Below are positions 1-64,000 of a stretch of DNA of 64,000 nucleotides, in pieces. The notes beneath the pieces were generated by a model, which was not told the origin of the DNA, searched no databases, and was given only the letters and a program-made list of their open reading frames with translations. The position numbers and the translations under genes are program-made. Each line of letters opens with the position of its first letter. The first letter of the stretch is position 1. This DNA is from Octopus sinensis (Eukaryota), in the NCBI RefSeq assembly GCF_006345805.1, contig NC_043000.1, forward strand, positions 89,590,001 to 89,654,000, written 5' to 3'.

Positions 1-2958
1 TTAGTTTTAGTATGTATTAGTACGTATTGGTATGTATAGGTATGTGTGTGTGTGTGAGAGAGTATAAGTGCGTATGCGGGGTCTGGACGTGTGTATGTAT
101 AGGGTTGGTGTAAGTATTAGTATGTACTAGTATGTATTAGTACGTATTAGTATGTATTAGTTGGTGTGTGTATTAGTATGGCACATCATATGTGATGTGA
201 TGTGTAAAGTCATGTGGTGTAGTGAGGAGAAGAGGGGGAGGGGGGAGAAGAGGGGGAGGGGGAGAGAGAGGAATAGGGGGGAGAAGAGAAGGGGAGGGGA
301 AGAAGAGGGGGAGGAGAAGGGGGAGAGGAGAGGATGGGGGAGAAGGAAGGGGATGAGGGGGATGAAGGAGGAAGAAGGGAAAGGGGGAGGGAGAGGGGGA
401 GAGAGAAGGGGAGAGAGGGAGGGGAGAGAGGGAGCGAGGGAAAGGGGAAGAGGGAGGGAGAAAGAGGGAAGAAGGGAAGGGGAGTAGGGGTGAAAGGATG
501 AAGGACTGAAAAAGTAGGGTTCGGGGGGAGAAAGGATAGGTGAGGAGGGGGGTGAGGTTAGATGAGGAGTGGGGGAGAGTTGAGACCAAATGGCGTATAA
601 GAGCGAAGAGAGAGATTAATTCCTGTTCACGGCGCAAACGGGAATCCGGATGGCCTCTGTGTAAGGACAAACCGAACACAGATAGGTGTTGCAAGGAGTG
701 ACCGGTGGAGCGGAAATGGCGTGAGACCGGTGTGTCGTTCGCAAGTGGATGTCACGAAGGTGTTCCGCGAACCAGTCAGCCAAGCGGCGTCCCGTTTGTC
801 CGATGTACAAGGAATTGCAGAGAGAGCAAGAGATGCAATAGATAATATTGATGGAGGTGCAGGTGAAGGAGTGGATGATGGGATAGGGTCGATGGTGGGT
901 GCTAGTGAGGCGGGTGGTGTTGGAGAGGTAAGGGCAAGTGCGGCAACGTGGGCGGGAGCAGGGGAACGAGCCGGGTTGGAGGGTAGGGTCAGGGAAGGAG
1001 CTATGACCAAAAGGTCTCGAAGGTTGTGGGCTCGTTTGAAAGAGGGGGAGGGGTCGGTTAGGGAAGAGGTGTGTGAAGTGGACGGGTCGGACTGGAGATG
1101 ACGGAAAGCTCGAAGAATGGTGCGTTGGAGACGTAGGGTCGTGGGGTGGTGGTAGTGGGGGAAAAGGGAGGCGGGGAGACTACAGGGCGGGCGGGGAGAG
1201 AGAGCAGATACACGGTCCACGGACCGTGCTCTGGCAAGGGCGGTGTGGATAGTGGTGAGGGGGTATCCACGTAGGGTGAAGTGGTGAGCCATACGTTGAG
1301 ACTGAGTCTCAAAGTCATGGTCGTCACTACAGAGCCTACGTAGACGGAGGAATGGGAATAGGGGATGGAAAGCTTGGTGTGTTCTGGGTGGGAGGAAGAG
1401 AAGTTGAGGTATGAGTGTGAGTCTGTGTGTTTGTAGGATGGAGGTGGTAAGAGTGGAGTGAAGAATGCTAACCGAAATGTCGAGGAAGGAGACAGAGGGT
1501 TGGAGATAGTGGAAGTGAAGTGGAGGGCTGGATGGAAAGATTGGACGAAAGAGAGGAAGGAATCTAGATGTTCGCGGGAGAGTGAGGTGGCACCGATAAT
1601 GTCGTCAATATAACGACCATATAGTTCAGGAGTGGGACCAGTGAAATTAGAGAATATTTGGGCCTCAACATAGCCAACGAACAGGTTCGCATAGTTGGGG
1701 CCCATTCGCGTTCCCATGGCCACTCCCGAGACCTGATGGTAGAACCGCCCGCGAACGAGAAGCAGTTCAGAGTAAGGACATGTTCGGCCAGACGAATGAG
1801 TGTGGAGGTGTCAGGTACAGGGTAGAGCGGAGGTCAAGAAAGTGTCGAAGGGCTGCAGTCCTTCGTGGTGAGGGATAACAGTATAGAGGCTTTGGATGTC
1901 CATAGTAAAAAGGATTTTGGAGGAGCCGGGAGGAAAGGAGAAAGAGTTGAAAAGCCGGAGAGCATGGTTGGTATCGTGGATGTGGGAGGGAAGAGATGCC
2001 ACTAGGGGGGCAAGGACACGGTCGAGGTATTTAGAGATGAGCTCCGTGGGGCAGTTACAGGCGGAGACGATGGGGCCAGGGTGTTGGGTTTGTGGATTTT
2101 GGGGAGGGAGTAAATGGTGGGGGTACGTGGGGTTCGCACAATTAGGTTGGATGCGGTGCGGGGGAGACGGGAGGACGAGATGAGGTCTTGACAGTAGAGG
2201 ATACCGTCTGTTGGTAGCTACGTGTGGGGTTAGAGGGCAGAGGGGAATAGAAGGAGGTGTCATTGAGTTGGCGGAAAGCCTCGGCCCTATAGAGGTCCGC
2301 GCGCCACACCACTACAGCTCCACCCTTGTCAGCCGGTTTGATGATAATGTCAGCGCGCCGTTGGAGGGAACGAAGAGCCAAGAGCTCAGCCGGGGAGATG
2401 TTGAGGCGGCGTTGGCGCCTGGAGAAGTTGAACCGCTCCAATGCACGCTGACAAGCGCCCGCGAAAAGATCCACTGCTAGGATCTGGCCAGGGGCAGGCG
2501 TCCACGGGGATGGTCGGCGGCCCAGGCCAGTGAAGCAGTCGTCCTCTTCGTTGGGTGTGGGTGGCGAGTCGTGGTAATGCGCACCCAACCGGACACGGCG
2601 CACAAAGCTGTGGACATCAACTCGCGTCTGGAATTCCTTACAGGATGGAGAGTGAGGGGGATGAAACGCAGACCCCTACCAAGGACGGAGCGTTCAGCCG
2701 CAGAGAGGGGAAGATCGGGGGGAATGGTAACAACAGACGGAAGTGGAGAAGGGGTGGATGGAATAGAAGTAGGAGGGGTGGTGGTCTCGTGGAGGTCTGA
2801 GGGGGAGGGATTGGAGAGGTGTGGGGGGGTGGTTGGGCGGGGCAGTAGGGTTAGGTGTAGGTGGATGGAGCCTAACGGGAGGGGAGAAGGGGTTGTAGGG
2901 AGGGGCAGTGGGGTTAGGTGTGGGTGGATGGAGCCTATCGGGAGGGGAGAAGGTTGGC
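1..2958 (-). mobile_element. Penelope-like retroelement (RT + GIY-YIG endonuclease), frameshifted, GC-rich
   Basis: Minus-strand frames give IIIKPADKGGAVVVW, FTMDIQSLYTVIPH, AMGTRMGPNYANLF, YGRYIDDIIG and NIIYCISCSLCNSLYIGQTGRRL...EH; pyrimidine-rich 3' region at about 200-560; boundaries approximate. Confidence 0.93.
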
Positions 2959-3197
2959 CAAAATCAAAACCATTTAAATCCAACTGAATGAATTTAATAA
3001 AAGCATCTAAATATGAAACATCATGAAAATTGTTCAGACTGAAGTCCTTCTTGAGCGACACATTTTTCCGTTTGAGTCATTGCAGAATTACAGATAGTAT
3101 TTAGGGAAGTTTGATATATATATATATATATATACATACATACATACATACATACATATACATACATACATACATACATACATACATAAATACATAA

Positions 3198-3282
<85 letters not shown>

Positions 3283-3310
3283 ATATATATATTTATATAT
3301 AATATATACA

Positions 3311-4157
3311 CTAGCTGGTGTACCCGGAAATTCCGGGGGTAAATATATTCTATTGAAACGCCTTATTACTCTGATAGAAGAAAGCAATTTCCTTATAACT
3401 GCCACAAAAGGTGTATTTTCCGTCACGAAAAAGTACAAAAAACTGACAGCTGGAGGAGGGAGAGATTGTTGGACGTTGGCGAGAGAGGCTTTTGGAGGTT
3501 GGTAAGAGAGGGTATCTGAGGTTGGCAAGAGGCAAAGACATTATTCTGCTTAGAGAAGACATCTGGGAAATGCATAACTGCTGTCATTCACAGAACAACT
3601 ATTGTTTTACTGTGAGAAAAGCTCTCTTGAAGTGTTACGTGAAATTTTGGCAATCGAGGACCGAATCCACAATATGCGTGTACGGAGCCACTACAAATAC
3701 GTTGTGAAATAAAAGAAATTTATCTACTGTCATGGAAAAAGTGTAACTGTAAAATTGAAGAGTTATTCAAAAATGTATTCATGTATAAAAATGTATGAAT
3801 GAAGAGATTCAAATTAATAAAGTGCAATAATAATGCTTAGCATTTCAAAACTGTGAGTAGTGAAATGCAGAATTAGGTCGACTGATCGTTGGTTCAAAGT
3901 AATCCAGCATAAACAATGAAATGGTTTATTTCCCTTGAGTGTTTAAAAAAATGATTAGTTATATAAGGTACATATAACGGTCCCTTCCAAGGGCCGTATT
4001 ATCGATTTTTTTCAACAATCTAAGTATGTCATGTTGTATCCAGACATGAGTTCTACCCACCTGTCAAGTTTTATCAAAATCGAGAAAACGATGTAGGAGG
4101 AGTTAACTAACAACGCCACAAACAAACACACACCGATTTTCCACATATGTAGTAGAT
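3311..4157 (-). mobile_element. Non-autonomous Helitron/Helentron-like element
   Basis: Minus-strand 3' end: hairpin CCCGG-AATTT-CCGGG, then a short spacer and CTAG, next to (TA)n. The other end resembles the far end of the 9909 element. Confidence 0.55.
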
Positions 4158-4189
4158 ATCAAACCAAATATTTACTATTCTTCTTTCAG

Positions 4190-63728
<59,539 letters not shown>

Positions 63729-64000
63729 GTAAGTAATCCTTATCTTCCTCTCTCAACCCAAACTTTTGTTCGTACGATTTTTGGATGTGTGTTTATTTCT
63801 CCCATTTCGCCTTCTTTTTCCCCGTCACTGTCCACAGTATTTTGAGAGTCGCTAACATCTACCGCTAGATTTTTGTTTTCATTCTAAGGAACAAACTTTA
63901 GTGTATTGAGATATGTTTTTGTGTATGTTACTTGAATAATCGAAATTAATTTCATATATTTTTCTTAGTTCATTCTTTGTAATCTCATAAATTATACGGT

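Noticed and set aside
161-2987. Plus-strand G/E/R-rich ORFs over the Penelope element
   Set aside because: Antisense shadows of a GC-rich, purine-skewed element; the motifs are on the minus strand.

Overview
AT-rich, microsatellite-dense animal genomic DNA. The SINE families and repeat landscape suggest a coleoid cephalopod, probably Octopus (inference, not verified). The whole window lies inside one + strand gene whose start and end fall outside it. I assembled 16 GT-AG exons (2,387 nt, 795 complete codons, frame-consistent at every junction, no stops). They encode part of a probably secreted modular protein: vWA(partial)-vWA-vWA-ShKT-ShKT-VWC-like-VWC-like-ShKT. Four inter-domain linkers are separate 24-33 nt symmetric microexons that the ORF track misses. 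The introns hold a GC-rich Penelope-like retroelement, four R4/Dong-like REL LINE fragments associated with (CATA)n, a CRE-like fragment fused to a SINE head, RTE remnants, a full-length degenerate mariner, Helitron-like and hAT-like non-autonomous elements, and many tRNA-derived SINEs. Two less obvious features stand out. First, several families of minimal type I hammerhead-ribozyme motifs (intact, degenerate or half) each sit on a short tail ending at a (TA)n-type repeat, and two have become palindromes centred on ribozyme stem II. Second, there is a complete 456-bp TRIM-like miniature LTR element with a 5-bp TSD, a doubled tRNA-Ser primer-binding site and a polypurine tract. All calls were made by eye. 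No database search, folding or alignment program was run, so family names and novelty are unverified.
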